Program-made: the position numbers and the translations under genes
Assembly (NCBI GenBank): GCA_041937175.2
Contig: CP166615.1
Coordinates: 544,001-608,000, forward strand
Origin: Limnothrix sp. BL-A-16
Lineage (GTDB): Bacteria; Cyanobacteriota; Cyanobacteriia; CACIAM-69d
Direction of reading: 5' to 3'
Length of the DNA: 64,000 nucleotides
In this document: positions 28,089 to 38,216 of the stretch, piece by piece
Layout of the letters: the number at the start of each line of letters is the position of its first letter
How positions within the stretch are numbered: position 1 is the stretch's first letter
The notes under the pieces: model-generated
The model's database searches: none
Told to the model about the DNA's origin: nothing
Seen by the model: only the letters and a program-made list of their open reading frames with translations

Positions 28089-31000
28089 ATGGCTACTAAC
28101 TTGCTCGTGGACGCAGAAGCAGATCAAGCCATTATGCGACATCCAATCCAGGTTGAATTGGATACGAGCCTTTGGGATGCCATTGGGCAAATGTATCAAA
28201 ATTGCCAATCCTGCTCTCTGAATGCACAAGATCATGATCATCATCGCCCTATTATCTATCTCGAATTTTCTAATCAAGACCTAGCTACTAATTCTGTCCA
28301 TTCAAAGAACAGTTTGTCAGCGGATGACACTTTAGGAACAGATGTTTCAAGTTCCTTGCTAAGTGGGTCTGCTGCAATGACAGTGAGCGATCAAACTCAA
28401 GCAGTTGCTGAACCGAATTTGGCCTTGGGCGATCGGTTAGAGGTGAGTCACTCACCATTGAATTCCGAGTTGAATTCCGAAGCAACGATGGTTGATTTGC
28501 CGGTTGCGGAGTTTCGCTGCGTTGTGGTGGTCGATCGGGGTCAGCTCTGTGGGATTTTGAGTGATCGGACGGTGGTTCGGCTGCTGGCTCAAGGGGTGGA
28601 TTTTCATCAGGTTAAAGTGGGCGAAGTGATGTCGCCGATTCCCTGTGTCTTAAGGCAATCGGAATTTAAAAATGCGCTGATTGCCATTAATTTAATGGAT
28701 CAGTTTGGTCTGGAATATCTGCCTTTAGTGGACGATCAAGGGCAGTTAGTTGGGTTGTTGAATGATGAAGGATTGCGACGAATTACCAACCCGGTGGACT
28801 GGTTACGATCGCGCTCTGTGGCGGATGCTTTGGTGACTGAAGTAGCCTGCGAAACCGCCAGAGCCAGCGTCGCTCAGATCATTCGTTTGATGGCGGAACA
28901 GGATACGGATTGTGTGGTGCTGATGCAGCCCCAGGAGCCGGATATCTTAGCGGCTGACTATCCACCAGTTCCAAAACCAGTGGGTGTGATTACTGAGTCG
29001 GATTTGGTTCAGTTTCAGACCCTCAGTTTGTCGGCGGAGCGAGTGATTGTTGGGGATGTCATGCAGGCGATCGAAAAGCCGGTTCGGCTTCAGGATTCGC
29101 TGTTGTTGACGCAACAATTTATGACCCGCCAAGATATTCAGCAGGTGGTGGTGGTGCGTGATGATGGATCGCTCTTGGGTTTGGTGACTCAACGGAGCAT
29201 TTTGAAACTGCTGAATTCCTCCGAGCTATATCAATGGGGCATTAGCCTAGAGCATAAAATTTCTCAGTTGGAAGCAGAAAAATTGGCCCTTTTGGAGCAG
29301 CGAACGTCTGAGCTGGAGCAACAAATTATTGATCGCACGGCTTCTTTGCAACGGCAAGCGGAGCGCGATCGATTAATTGCCAATGTGGCTTCTCAAATTC
29401 GATCGTCTTTAAATTTATCGGAAATTTTAAATTCTACAGTTCAAGAACTGCGAAACCTGGTTCAGTCCGATCGCGCCGAAATTTGGCAATTCCAAGCCGA
29501 TCAAACGATGGTAATTGCAGCGGTGGCTTTGCTAAATCCCAGTTTGGCCGTGCCCAGCAACTCCGTGAAAGACTGCTGCTTCGTGGAAGGACTCAGCCCC
29601 CTGACTAAGCAAGGCCATGTGCGCGTCGTGAATGATATTTATGCCGCCCAAATGACCCCTTGCCATCGTCAATTGCTCGAACGGTTGCAAGTCCGTGCCA
29701 AGATTTTGATTCCCCTGTTTCAGCAGGAAAATTTTTGGGGACTGTTGGCCGTTGTGGAAAGCAATCATCCGCGCTATTGGCGATCGGAAGATATTCAACT
29801 GGTGCAGCATTTGGCCATGCATTTGGAAATTGCCATTCAGCAGGCAACGGCCTATGAACAACTACAAACGGAACTCCATGAACGACGACAAACCGAAGAA
29901 AAATTACGAGCGAGCGAGCGTCGCTATGTCAGCTTAGCCAAAGCAATTCCCGTAGGAATTATTCGAACTAACCTAAAGGGCAAAAGCCTTTACGTTAATC
30001 AACGATTCTGCGACATTTTGGGACTGTCAGCAAGGGTTATTCATCAAATTGGCTGGGAGCGTTCAATTCATCCGGACGATCGCGCCTGGGTGATTGAAGA
30101 AATGCGTCATTACCGTAAACAAAAACAGCCCTTTTCGCTGGAATACCGAATTCAGCGTTATCAAGCTGGTGTTTGTTGGGTGTTGGCCCAATCCGTGCCC
30201 GAATATTCCGACCATGAAGAAGTGGTGGGCTACATTACTACGATCACGGATATTACCAACCAGAAAAAATCGGAAACAGCACTGCAACAACTCAACCAAG
30301 ATTTGGAAGCGAAAGTGCTGGAGCGAACAACAGCTCTCAAAAGTAGTGAGGAGCAGTTTCGGCGGCTATTTGAAAAAGAAAAAGTGCTCAGTTCCGTGAT
30401 CCGACGAATTCGCCAATCCTTGGAATTGGAATCTGTTTTGTTCAATACGGCGGAAGAGGCTCGACAAATCCTATTTGCCGATCGAGTCGTCATTTACAAA
30501 GTCTATGAACAAAGTAGCGGCAAAATTGTTGCTGAATCTCGGATTGACCATTGCCCTAGCCTCTTGGGCATGGAATTTAGTGCAGAAGTGTTCCCGGATA
30601 GTTGCTATCAGAAATATATGAATGGTTATGTTTGCACCATTACCGATCGGGATCACGAGCATTTGGCTAACTGTCTGGCTAGCTTCATGCAAACCCTGCA
30701 AATTCGAGCTAAGCTTGCCGTGCCAATTATTGAGCAAAAATCGAATCAACTGTGGGGGCTGTTAATTGCCCATCAGTGCAGTTCCCAGCGCTATTGGTGT
30801 ACTGGGGAAGTGGAATTTATGCAACGGCTGGCCGAACAATGCTCGATCGCTATTCAGCAATCAGAACTCTATGCCCAACTGCAAGAAAGCAATTTGCAAC
30901 TGGCCAGGGCCACGAAGCTCAAGGATGAATTTTTGGCTAATATGAGCCACGAATTGCGTACCCCTTTGAATGCAATTTTGGGCATGGCTGAGGTCATTCA

Positions 31001-32141
31001 GGACGGAATTTATGGAGAAATTAATAACCGCCAAGGGCAAGCCCTGAAAACGATCGAGCGCAGTGGCACGCATTTGTTGGAGCTAATTAACGACATTCTA
31101 GATTTGGCCAAAATTGAATCCGGTCAAATTCTTCTGAATCGAGCACCTACTCAAATCAATCAACTCTGTCAAGCAACCATTACCTTTGTTAAGCAACAGG
31201 CGTTGAAAAAACAAATTCAGCTTGGGGTGACCATTCAGCCCACCCTCCCGGATATTTTTGTGGATGAGCGCCGTGTGCGTCAGGTATTAATTAATTTGTT
31301 GAGCAATGCCATTAAATTCACGGCTGATGGAGGCCAAGTGACCTTAACGGTTTCGCAAATTTTTGAACGACCCACTAACACCTTAAAGTACTTTACTAAT
31401 TCTGATGCTCAGTCTACGGAAATTCAAGATGCGCACGCCCAAAATACCAAGCGCTCCCCATCGTTTATTTCCTTCAAGGTGACAGATACCGGGATTGGAA
31501 TTTCTGCTGTTGATCTTGAAAAACTCTTTAAACCTTTTATCCAGATTGATAGCTCGCTCAGTCGTCAATATGCTGGAACGGGGCTGGGCTTATCGCTCGT
31601 GAAGCGCATGGTGGAAATGCACCAAGGGCTGGTGTCCGTGACCAGTGAAGTTGGGGTTGGGAGTTGCTTTGAAGTTTGTTTTCCGGTGATGGAATTGGCG
31701 AATGCGCCAGTCACTGTCCCTGCGCCCCAACTGGAGACCTTCCCAGCCACAATTGCGATGGATCAACCCCGCCCAACCGTGATTTTGCTGGTGGAGGATA
31801 ATGAAGCCAATGTTAATACCATTTCCAGTTACTTAAAGGCTAAGAACTATCAAATTCTGCTAGCAAAGGATGGTGTGCAAGCGATCGAGATGGCAAAACT
31901 GCATCACCCCGATCTCATCCTCATGGATATTCAAATGCCCAATCTGGATGGCTTAACGGCAATGCGGCAAATTAGACAAACCCCAGAACTGGCGAGTACA
32001 ATGATCATTGCTCTCACAGCGTTGGCGATGCCAGGCGATCGAGAACGCTGTCTCAGCGCGGGTGCAAATGACTACTTCACAAAGCCAATCAAGCTCAAGC
32101 AACTAGCAGTCAAGATCCAAGAGCTATTAGCTGCTAAATAG
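28089..32141 (+). CDS. Hybrid sensor histidine kinase CBS-GAF-PAS-GAF-HisKA-HATPase-REC with cyanobacteriochrome-type GAFs
   Basis: CBS pairs; GAF1 with DCCF and PCH; GAF2 with EVFP and NCL; SHELRTPLN; DTGIG; GTGLGL; REC LMDIQMP. Confidence 0.9.
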   Translation: MATNLLVDAEADQAIMRHPIQVELDTSLWDAIGQMYQNCQSCSLNAQDHDHHRPIIYLEFSNQDLATNSVHSKNSLSADDTLGTDVSSSLLSGSAAMTVSDQTQAVAEPNLALGDRLEVSHSPLNSELNSEATMVDLPVAEFRCVVVVDRGQLCGILSDRTVVRLLAQGVDFHQVKVGEVMSPIPCVLRQSEFKNALIAINLMDQFGLEYLPLVDDQGQLVGLLNDEGLRRITNPVDWLRSRSVADALVTEVACETARASVAQIIRLMAEQDTDCVVLMQPQEPDILAADYPPVPKPVGVITESDLVQFQTLSLSAERVIVGDVMQAIEKPVRLQDSLLLTQQFMTRQDIQQVVVVRDDGSLLGLVTQRSILKLLNSSELYQWGISLEHKISQLEAEKLALLEQRTSELEQQIIDRTASLQRQAERDRLIANVASQIRSSLNLSEILNSTVQELRNLVQSDRAEIWQFQADQTMVIAAVALLNPSLAVPSNSVKDCCFVEGLSPLTKQGHVRVVNDIYAAQMTPCHRQLLERLQVRAKILIPLFQQENFWGLLAVVESNHPRYWRSEDIQLVQHLAMHLEIAIQQATAYEQLQTELHERRQTEEKLRASERRYVSLAKAIPVGIIRTNLKGKSLYVNQRFCDILGLSARVIHQIGWERSIHPDDRAWVIEEMRHYRKQKQPFSLEYRIQRYQAGVCWVLAQSVPEYSDHEEVVGYITTITDITNQKKSETALQQLNQDLEAKVLERTTALKSSEEQFRRLFEKEKVLSSVIRRIRQSLELESVLFNTAEEARQILFADRVVIYKVYEQSSGKIVAESRIDHCPSLLGMEFSAEVFPDSCYQKYMNGYVCTITDRDHEHLANCLASFMQTLQIRAKLAVPIIEQKSNQLWGLLIAHQCSSQRYWCTGEVEFMQRLAEQCSIAIQQSELYAQLQESNLQLARATKLKDEFLANMSHELRTPLNAILGMAEVIQDGIYGEINNRQGQALKTIERSGTHLLELINDILDLAKIESGQILLNRAPTQINQLCQATITFVKQQALKKQIQLGVTIQPTLPDIFVDERRVRQVLINLLSNAIKFTADGGQVTLTVSQIFERPTNTLKYFTNSDAQSTEIQDAHAQNTKRSPSFISFKVTDTGIGISAVDLEKLFKPFIQIDSSLSRQYAGTGLGLSLVKRMVEMHQGLVSVTSEVGVGSCFEVCFPVMELANAPVTVPAPQLETFPATIAMDQPRPTVILLVEDNEANVNTISSYLKAKNYQILLAKDGVQAIEMAKLHHPDLILMDIQMPNLDGLTAMRQIRQTPELASTMIIALTALAMPGDRERCLSAGANDYFTKPIKLKQLAVKIQELLAAK

Positions 32142-32192
32142 CGGAGCATGACGCTGAAATCTCTTGGAAAAGCACAGAATAGCAGGAGACAA

Positions 32193-33389
32193 ATGATGAC
32201 CATTCCTTCCATCTTAGTTGTTGATGATGAGCCGGATAACTTTGATGTTATTGAGGCTTTTTTGAGCGACCAGGATTATCAACTCCACTATGCCTGGAAT
32301 GGTCTAGAGGCGCTGAAATCTCTACATGTTTTCCAACCCGATGTGATTTTGTTGGATGTGATGATGCCCGAGCTGGATGGGATCACCACCTGCCAAAAAA
32401 TTAAGGCGATGCCCGAATGGAAATCAGTGCCAATTATTATGGTCACTGCTCTCAGTGATAAGGAGGATCTGGCTCGCTGCATTCAAGCAGGAGCCGATGA
32501 CTTTATCAGCAAGCCGGTTAACAGTACAGAACTGAGAGCACGAGTGCAATCGATGCTGCGCATTCGGCAGCAGTATCAAAGCATCCAAGAACTATCCCAA
32601 TTACAAGAAAGAACGATCGACATTCTTCAGGGTAGTCTTGATGAACTGCGAGGCAGTTTGTCGATGAGTTTGCCTCACGAATTAAATACCCCTTTAAATG
32701 GAATTTTTGGTGTTCTGGGCATCCTCATTGAGGAACATGAGGATATGGATCATGAGGAAATCGCAGAGCTATTGCAGCTTGCTAAAACCTCAACCATGCG
32801 TCTGGAGCGGGTCAGCCGCCGCTACCTGAACTACATTCAGCTCGTCCGTGATAGCAGCCTGAAATTAGTGAATAATTCAGCGATGGCAGTCAAGGCCGAA
32901 GGGGCAATTCCTGAGATTGCGCTGGAAACCCTTGACAGCGCTGAGTGGATTGCCAACGCTTCAGGCTCTCAGGCGAACTCGGTTAAGCGATCGGCTGATT
33001 TGGTTTTGGATTTGGCTACTGCGCAACTGTGCATGTCGATCAAGCATTTGCAAACCATTATTGAGGAATTGCTGGACAATGCCATCAAGTTTTCCCAGGC
33101 AGGTACGCCGATCACGATTAAAACGGAGCCGATGGATTCCTGGTTGTACTTATCCATTACGAATCAAGGGCGCGGCATGACTGAATTGCAAATTGCCCAA
33201 ATTGGAGCGTTTATTCAATTTGAGCGCCGCAGTTATGAACAACAGGGGCTCGGGTTGGGGTTGGCGATCGTTCAAAAATTGATCGATCGCTATGGTGGCT
33301 CACTCCTGATCCAAAGTGTTGTAGATCAAGAAACCACGGTGACGGTAAAATTACCCCTCGCAGTTCAACCTCAAATGGCCATGGTTTAG
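32193..33389 (+). CDS. Response regulator-histidine kinase hybrid (REC-HisKA-HATPase)
   Basis: LVVDDE...LLDVMMP...K; PHELNTPLN; GLGLGL; AGGAG ribosome-binding site before 32193 (alternative start 32148). Confidence 0.88.
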   Translation: MMTIPSILVVDDEPDNFDVIEAFLSDQDYQLHYAWNGLEALKSLHVFQPDVILLDVMMPELDGITTCQKIKAMPEWKSVPIIMVTALSDKEDLARCIQAGADDFISKPVNSTELRARVQSMLRIRQQYQSIQELSQLQERTIDILQGSLDELRGSLSMSLPHELNTPLNGIFGVLGILIEEHEDMDHEEIAELLQLAKTSTMRLERVSRRYLNYIQLVRDSSLKLVNNSAMAVKAEGAIPEIALETLDSAEWIANASGSQANSVKRSADLVLDLATAQLCMSIKHLQTIIEELLDNAIKFSQAGTPITIKTEPMDSWLYLSITNQGRGMTELQIAQIGAFIQFERRSYEQQGLGLGLAIVQKLIDRYGGSLLIQSVVDQETTVTVKLPLAVQPQMAMV

Positions 33390-33524
33390 GGTTGGTGCTT
33401 GTTCATGACTAGACAGTTAACTTTCAATGACAGGCACGAGATCACAGGGACAAGATGGGAAACAGGTTAAGATAGGGAAAATCTCTGCTTCCGTTGTCTT
33501 TTCCTCATTTATGATTACGCAGTC

Positions 33525-36299
33525 ATGGCTTACAGTTCAGTTCTGGTAGTTGACGATGAGCCGGATAATTTCGATGTCATTGAATCGTTACTGAGCGATC
33601 GCCCCTACCAGTTACACTACGTTTCCAACGGCATTGATGCCCTTGAGTCCCTAGACCTTTTTCAACCGGATGTGATCCTGTTGGATGTGATGATGCCTGG
33701 GTTGGATGGGATTGAGGTTTGCGCTCGCATCAAAGCCATGCCCAATTGGCACACCGTCCCGATCGTCATTGTCACGGCGCTAACGGAAAAAAAAGACCTG
33801 GCCCGCTGTATGGCGGCTGGGGCCGATGACTTCATTACTAAGCCCATTAACGGCATTGAACTGCGAGCGCGCGTGCAGTCAATGTTGCGAATTAAACAAA
33901 CCTATATTGATCTTGAACAGCAAGTCCAAACCCGCACCGCAGCGCTCCAAGCAAAGGCCGAGCGCGATCGGGTTTTATCAATTATTGCTACTCAGATTTG
34001 TGCGTCCTTTGATTTCAACGAAATTGTTGAAACCACGGTTCAGGAAGTGCAACAACTCTTCCAGTGCCGTGCGGTTGCCATTTGGCAATTACAATCCTCA
34101 ATTGCGGATCACAACAGCGAAGTGGCCACGGTGGTGGCCGCGGCCCAGGATCCGACCATGGCTCCGCTCTTGAAAGATCGTGACCAAATCCACCTGAGCC
34201 GCGTCAAACTGCAAGCCTATCAGCTTGAAAAAGGCGATGATGCCACGGTTCATTTTCAGGATTTGATGACCGATTGTCCTGAGAAATTTCCACGAACCGC
34301 TCACTGTCAACAGCTTGCCGTGCCCATCTTGCAAAATGAAAAGCTCTGGGGATTTTTAAGCGTCCTTAACTGTCAAAGCTCAGAGCATTGGCCCACGGAA
34401 GAACAGGAATTTCTAAAACAGCTTTCAACACAATTGGCGATCGCCCTTCAGCAGGCCCAGGCCTATCATCAATTGCAAACGGAGCTAAACGAACGACGAC
34501 AAACGGAAGTGCGGCTGCGGGAAAGCGAACAGCGCTATATCAACCTGGCCAATGCAGTGCCCGTTGGAATTTTCCGCACGGATGCCAATCATCAATGTCT
34601 TTACGTGAATCAACGATGGTCGCAGATTACGGGTTACTCCACCCGAGCGGCCATGGGGATGGGTTGGCTAGATTACATTCACCCGGATGATCAGGTGAAA
34701 TTCCAAGACGAATGGCAGCGATTTGTGAACGAACAACGGCCCTTTCAGTTGGAATATCGCTTGCGCAGTGATTGTCACGAAGAACCTTGGGTTTTTGGAC
34801 AAGTGGTGGCGGAATACGATGCCCAAGATCAGGTGGTGGGCTATGTGGGCACGGTGACGGATATCAGCGCCCTGAAGCGAGCCGAAGCCCAAATTCTGCA
34901 CAATGCCCTACATGATTTGCTGACGAATTTGCCCAACCGATCGCTCTTAACGGAGCGCTTGGAGTTGGCCATTAACCGTTCAAAGCGAGTTAGCAGTTAT
35001 CGCTATGCGGTGCTGTTTTTAGATCTAGATCAGTTCAAGGTGATTAATGATAGCTTGGGGCACTTAATTGGCGATCGGCTGCTAGTGCAAATGGCCCAAA
35101 ACCTCAAAAGCTATTTGCGCTTCAGCGACTTTCTCGCCCGAGTGGGGGGAGATGAGTTTGTGATTCTCTTGGAAGATTTGGAAAGCTTGGATGCGGCGGT
35201 GCGCATGGCGGAGGGAATTCTCAGCAGCTTTGAAAGGCCGATCGCCATTGATGATTATGAAATTGTGATTACTGCCAGCATTGGCATTGTGTTGGGCAGC
35301 GCCGACTACGATCACCCCTCGAATCTGTTGCGGGATGCGGATATTGCGATGTACCGCGCCAAGTCATCGGGGCGCAGCACCTACAAGATTTTTGGAGCAG
35401 AAATGCATCACCAGGCGATTAATCGCCTGACCTTGGAAACTGATTTGCGCAAGGCCCTAACCCAAGAAGAATTCCGGGTTTACTATCAACCGGTGATTAA
35501 TTTAGCCAAAGGCCGATTGGTGGGTTTCGAGGCTTTGGCCCGTTGGCATCATGCAACGCGGGGCTGGATTTCTCCGGCAGAATTTATTCCCGTGGCGGAA
35601 GAAACGGGCGTGATTCAACAACTGAGTCGATGGATTTTGCGCCAGGCCTGCCAACAATTGCTGCATTGGCAACGGTCTTTCCCGGAGTTTGCGCCCTTGA
35701 AGATGAGTGTGAATCTTTCGGCGCAGGAGTTGCGAAAACCAACGATGGTTTCAGAAATCTTGCAAACGTTGGATGAAGTGGGTTTGGAGCCGCATTATCT
35801 GACCCTGGAAATTACGGAGAGTATGTTAATTGAAGATATTAATCAGACGATCGAGCTGTTGACGGAGCTAAAACGTCACCATATTCAAATCAGCATTGAT
35901 GACTTTGGAACAGGCTACTCATCCTTAAGCTACTTGCACCGCTTGCCCGCTGACTATTTAAAAATCGACCGATCGTTTGTGGGGCAAATGGAAAAAGGGA
36001 ATCGCAATTTCCAAGTGGTCAGCACGATCGTGGCCCTCAGTAATCAGTTGGGTTTGGATGTGGTGGCGGAGGGGGTGGAAACCCAGCAGCAATTGCGGTG
36101 GCTGGAGCAGTTGGGCTGTGAATTGGGCCAGGGCTATTTGTTTGCGAAGCCGCTTCCCCCGCAGGAAATTGAGCGCCAGTTTTTTGCCCAGGGATCAAAT
36201 CCCGAATTGATCGAAGAGGAGCGACGAAGTGTGATCAATCAAAGCTTGATGAGCCATGACCAGTCCCGATCGGGGTCTTGTCCCGGTTCGTCGGTTTAG
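33525..36299 (+). CDS. REC-GAF-PAS-GGDEF-EAL diguanylate cyclase/phosphodiesterase
   Basis: REC; PAS IHPDD; RFSD I-site plus intact GGDEF; EAL; DDFGTGYSS; KIDRSF. Confidence 0.93.
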   Translation: MAYSSVLVVDDEPDNFDVIESLLSDRPYQLHYVSNGIDALESLDLFQPDVILLDVMMPGLDGIEVCARIKAMPNWHTVPIVIVTALTEKKDLARCMAAGADDFITKPINGIELRARVQSMLRIKQTYIDLEQQVQTRTAALQAKAERDRVLSIIATQICASFDFNEIVETTVQEVQQLFQCRAVAIWQLQSSIADHNSEVATVVAAAQDPTMAPLLKDRDQIHLSRVKLQAYQLEKGDDATVHFQDLMTDCPEKFPRTAHCQQLAVPILQNEKLWGFLSVLNCQSSEHWPTEEQEFLKQLSTQLAIALQQAQAYHQLQTELNERRQTEVRLRESEQRYINLANAVPVGIFRTDANHQCLYVNQRWSQITGYSTRAAMGMGWLDYIHPDDQVKFQDEWQRFVNEQRPFQLEYRLRSDCHEEPWVFGQVVAEYDAQDQVVGYVGTVTDISALKRAEAQILHNALHDLLTNLPNRSLLTERLELAINRSKRVSSYRYAVLFLDLDQFKVINDSLGHLIGDRLLVQMAQNLKSYLRFSDFLARVGGDEFVILLEDLESLDAAVRMAEGILSSFERPIAIDDYEIVITASIGIVLGSADYDHPSNLLRDADIAMYRAKSSGRSTYKIFGAEMHHQAINRLTLETDLRKALTQEEFRVYYQPVINLAKGRLVGFEALARWHHATRGWISPAEFIPVAEETGVIQQLSRWILRQACQQLLHWQRSFPEFAPLKMSVNLSAQELRKPTMVSEILQTLDEVGLEPHYLTLEITESMLIEDINQTIELLTELKRHHIQISIDDFGTGYSSLSYLHRLPADYLKIDRSFVGQMEKGNRNFQVVSTIVALSNQLGLDVVAEGVETQQQLRWLEQLGCELGQGYLFAKPLPPQEIERQFFAQGSNPELIEEERRSVINQSLMSHDQSRSGSCPGSSV

Positions 36300-36487
36300 G
36301 GGATGGGGCAAATGGATGGCGATTGGAAATTGGGTTTGCGGAAGCTGGGTGTGCATAATGTCGCTGTTCGCAAATTCCACCATCAAACCCCTTAAGATGA
36401 TAGGCGCTAACCGCCCGATCGCCCGTTGGCTGGCTGCGACCCTTGCGGGCGATCGGGTTGTGTCCTTGGTCAATTTCACGATTCACT

Positions 36488-36895
36488 ATGCGCGTCTTCG
36501 TTCTACTCTTCAACGCCCGCACCGAAAATGAAGGAATCTACAGCATTTGGCTGCGAGATGGGGAAGGTGTGGAACGTAACTGTGTCCTGATGTTTGAGGA
36601 CGAGGACGATGCCACTCGCTATGCGGGCTTGCTAGAGGCTCAGGATTTTCCCTTGGCCACCGTGGAGCCGATTGAGGATGACGAAGTGCGGGAGTTTTGC
36701 AAAGAAGCGGGCTACGAGTGCCAGTTGGTGGCCCAAGGGGAATTGGCGATCCCGATGGAAACCAATCGATCGACCGATGACATGAGTTGGCAAGTGGAGG
36801 GTGAAGCGCCGCCCACGCCTAGTGAAGAGGATGCCGGATCCATGAGTGCTGCCGAGCTGGAGCGGATCCGACGGCGATTGGAGGGATTGCTCTAG
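36488..36895 (+). CDS. DUF3110-family protein
   Basis: MRVFVLLFNARTENEGIY...MFEDEDDATRYAGLLEAQDF...IRRRLEGLL. Confidence 0.8.
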   Translation: MRVFVLLFNARTENEGIYSIWLRDGEGVERNCVLMFEDEDDATRYAGLLEAQDFPLATVEPIEDDEVREFCKEAGYECQLVAQGELAIPMETNRSTDDMSWQVEGEAPPTPSEEDAGSMSAAELERIRRRLEGLL

Positions 36896-36941
36896 AGATT
36901 CCTGCCCTCGATATCCAATCGGGCGACAGTCATTGGAAATT

Positions 36942-38189
36942 TTAGGGATTATGCAGCACCGTGGACCAGCGACTGAGCAACCCTTCAGTTGCCTGAAGAC
37001 AGCGCTCACTGTCCCAACCGGCGGCACAACTGGCCGCGATCGCCGCCCCGCCGGCCCCAACTCCTTCCTTCACAAATCCAGCTTCATAGGCCCGTAACTG
37101 CGTCCAGGTGGATTGGGCAAAATTCAGCAAAGTTGTGAGCAGGATGGGTTCCTCCTCCGGTGGGGCGATCGCCTTGGCCAGGCCAATGGTGTCGCCGCTG
37201 GCATCGTAGGCCACCCAACGGGTTGTACCAACGGCGATCGCCTCCGGTTTCCAGGGCAACTGTCGGCGTTGGGCGATCGCCCGGGCCAGGGCATAGACCG
37301 CCAACATTTGGGTTCCCCCCGCCAACAGCACACCGCTGGTTTGGCTGGCCGCGAGGGCCATGCCCGCCGCCACCGGCTGCATGGGGTCGCCCACCGCCGC
37401 CACCACGGCCAGCGGATCTTGGTCGAGGGATCCTTGCACGCAGTGTCGATCGGGATGCCACTCGCCCAGACCCGATCGCCGCAAGCCCGTAAGAGCCAAG
37501 TCCAATTTCTGGGCATGGTTACAGAAAATATGGCTGCTGTTGACCCGGTTGGTGGCATCAATCCCCAGTCCCAACAGGACTGCCAGGGCCGTGCTGGTGC
37601 CGCCCACAACGCATTCAGAAATCAGCAAATAGTCCGGCGGCAGGGGGTTGCCCTCGGTGGCGAGCTGTTGTCCCAAACGATAGCCCGCCGCAAAGAGCTG
37701 CTCCACCACGGCCCGATCGAGCGCATAGCCCGTACTTAAACAGCGGGCTGGCAGTCCGCCCATGCGGATGTGGGGAATGGAGGGTGAATCCTGTAGCCCC
37801 GCATTGATCACGCGCAATCGCCAGTGAAGTGATTCCAAAATGGCCCGAGAAATCAAAACCGGCGAAGCCCCACCCGCTAAGGGCGGCAGTGGATAAGCTG
37901 GATTACCTCTGGGCCCATTCACCAAAAATTCCGCATCGGCCAGGGCCGTGTAGCGGCGATCGGCCGGAGTGGCCCCGGCCGCAGAGATGCCCGGAATCAA
38001 CCCCGTTTCCGTGAACCCCAACACACAGCTAAACAGCGGTTGTTGGCCGCGTCGTGATTGCACCCAAGCGCGTGCTCGATCGCCCCCCGCCAAAATTTGC
38101 AACGACGGGGGCAGCATCGAGTCGCAGTTATCCGCTGGCAATGGATCGATCGACAATGGCTGAATATCCTGTGGCTGCATCATTGCCAT
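36942..38189 (-). CDS. cobT: Nicotinate-mononucleotide-dependent phosphoribosyltransferase CobT (cyanobacterial/archaeal type)
   Basis: IPGISAAGAT, ECVVGGTSTA, GDPMQ, LAGGTQM, YEAGFVKEGVGAGG. Confidence 0.85.
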   Translation of the reverse strand: MAMMQPQDIQPLSIDPLPADNCDSMLPPSLQILAGGDRARAWVQSRRGQQPLFSCVLGFTETGLIPGISAAGATPADRRYTALADAEFLVNGPRGNPAYPLPPLAGGASPVLISRAILESLHWRLRVINAGLQDSPSIPHIRMGGLPARCLSTGYALDRAVVEQLFAAGYRLGQQLATEGNPLPPDYLLISECVVGGTSTALAVLLGLGIDATNRVNSSHIFCNHAQKLDLALTGLRRSGLGEWHPDRHCVQGSLDQDPLAVVAAVGDPMQPVAAGMALAASQTSGVLLAGGTQMLAVYALARAIAQRRQLPWKPEAIAVGTTRWVAYDASGDTIGLAKAIAPPEEEPILLTTLLNFAQSTWTQLRAYEAGFVKEGVGAGGAAIAASCAAGWDSERCLQATEGLLSRWSTVLHNP

Positions 38190-38216
38190 AGCGCAGATCG
38201 CCTGATCAAGCGTTAC

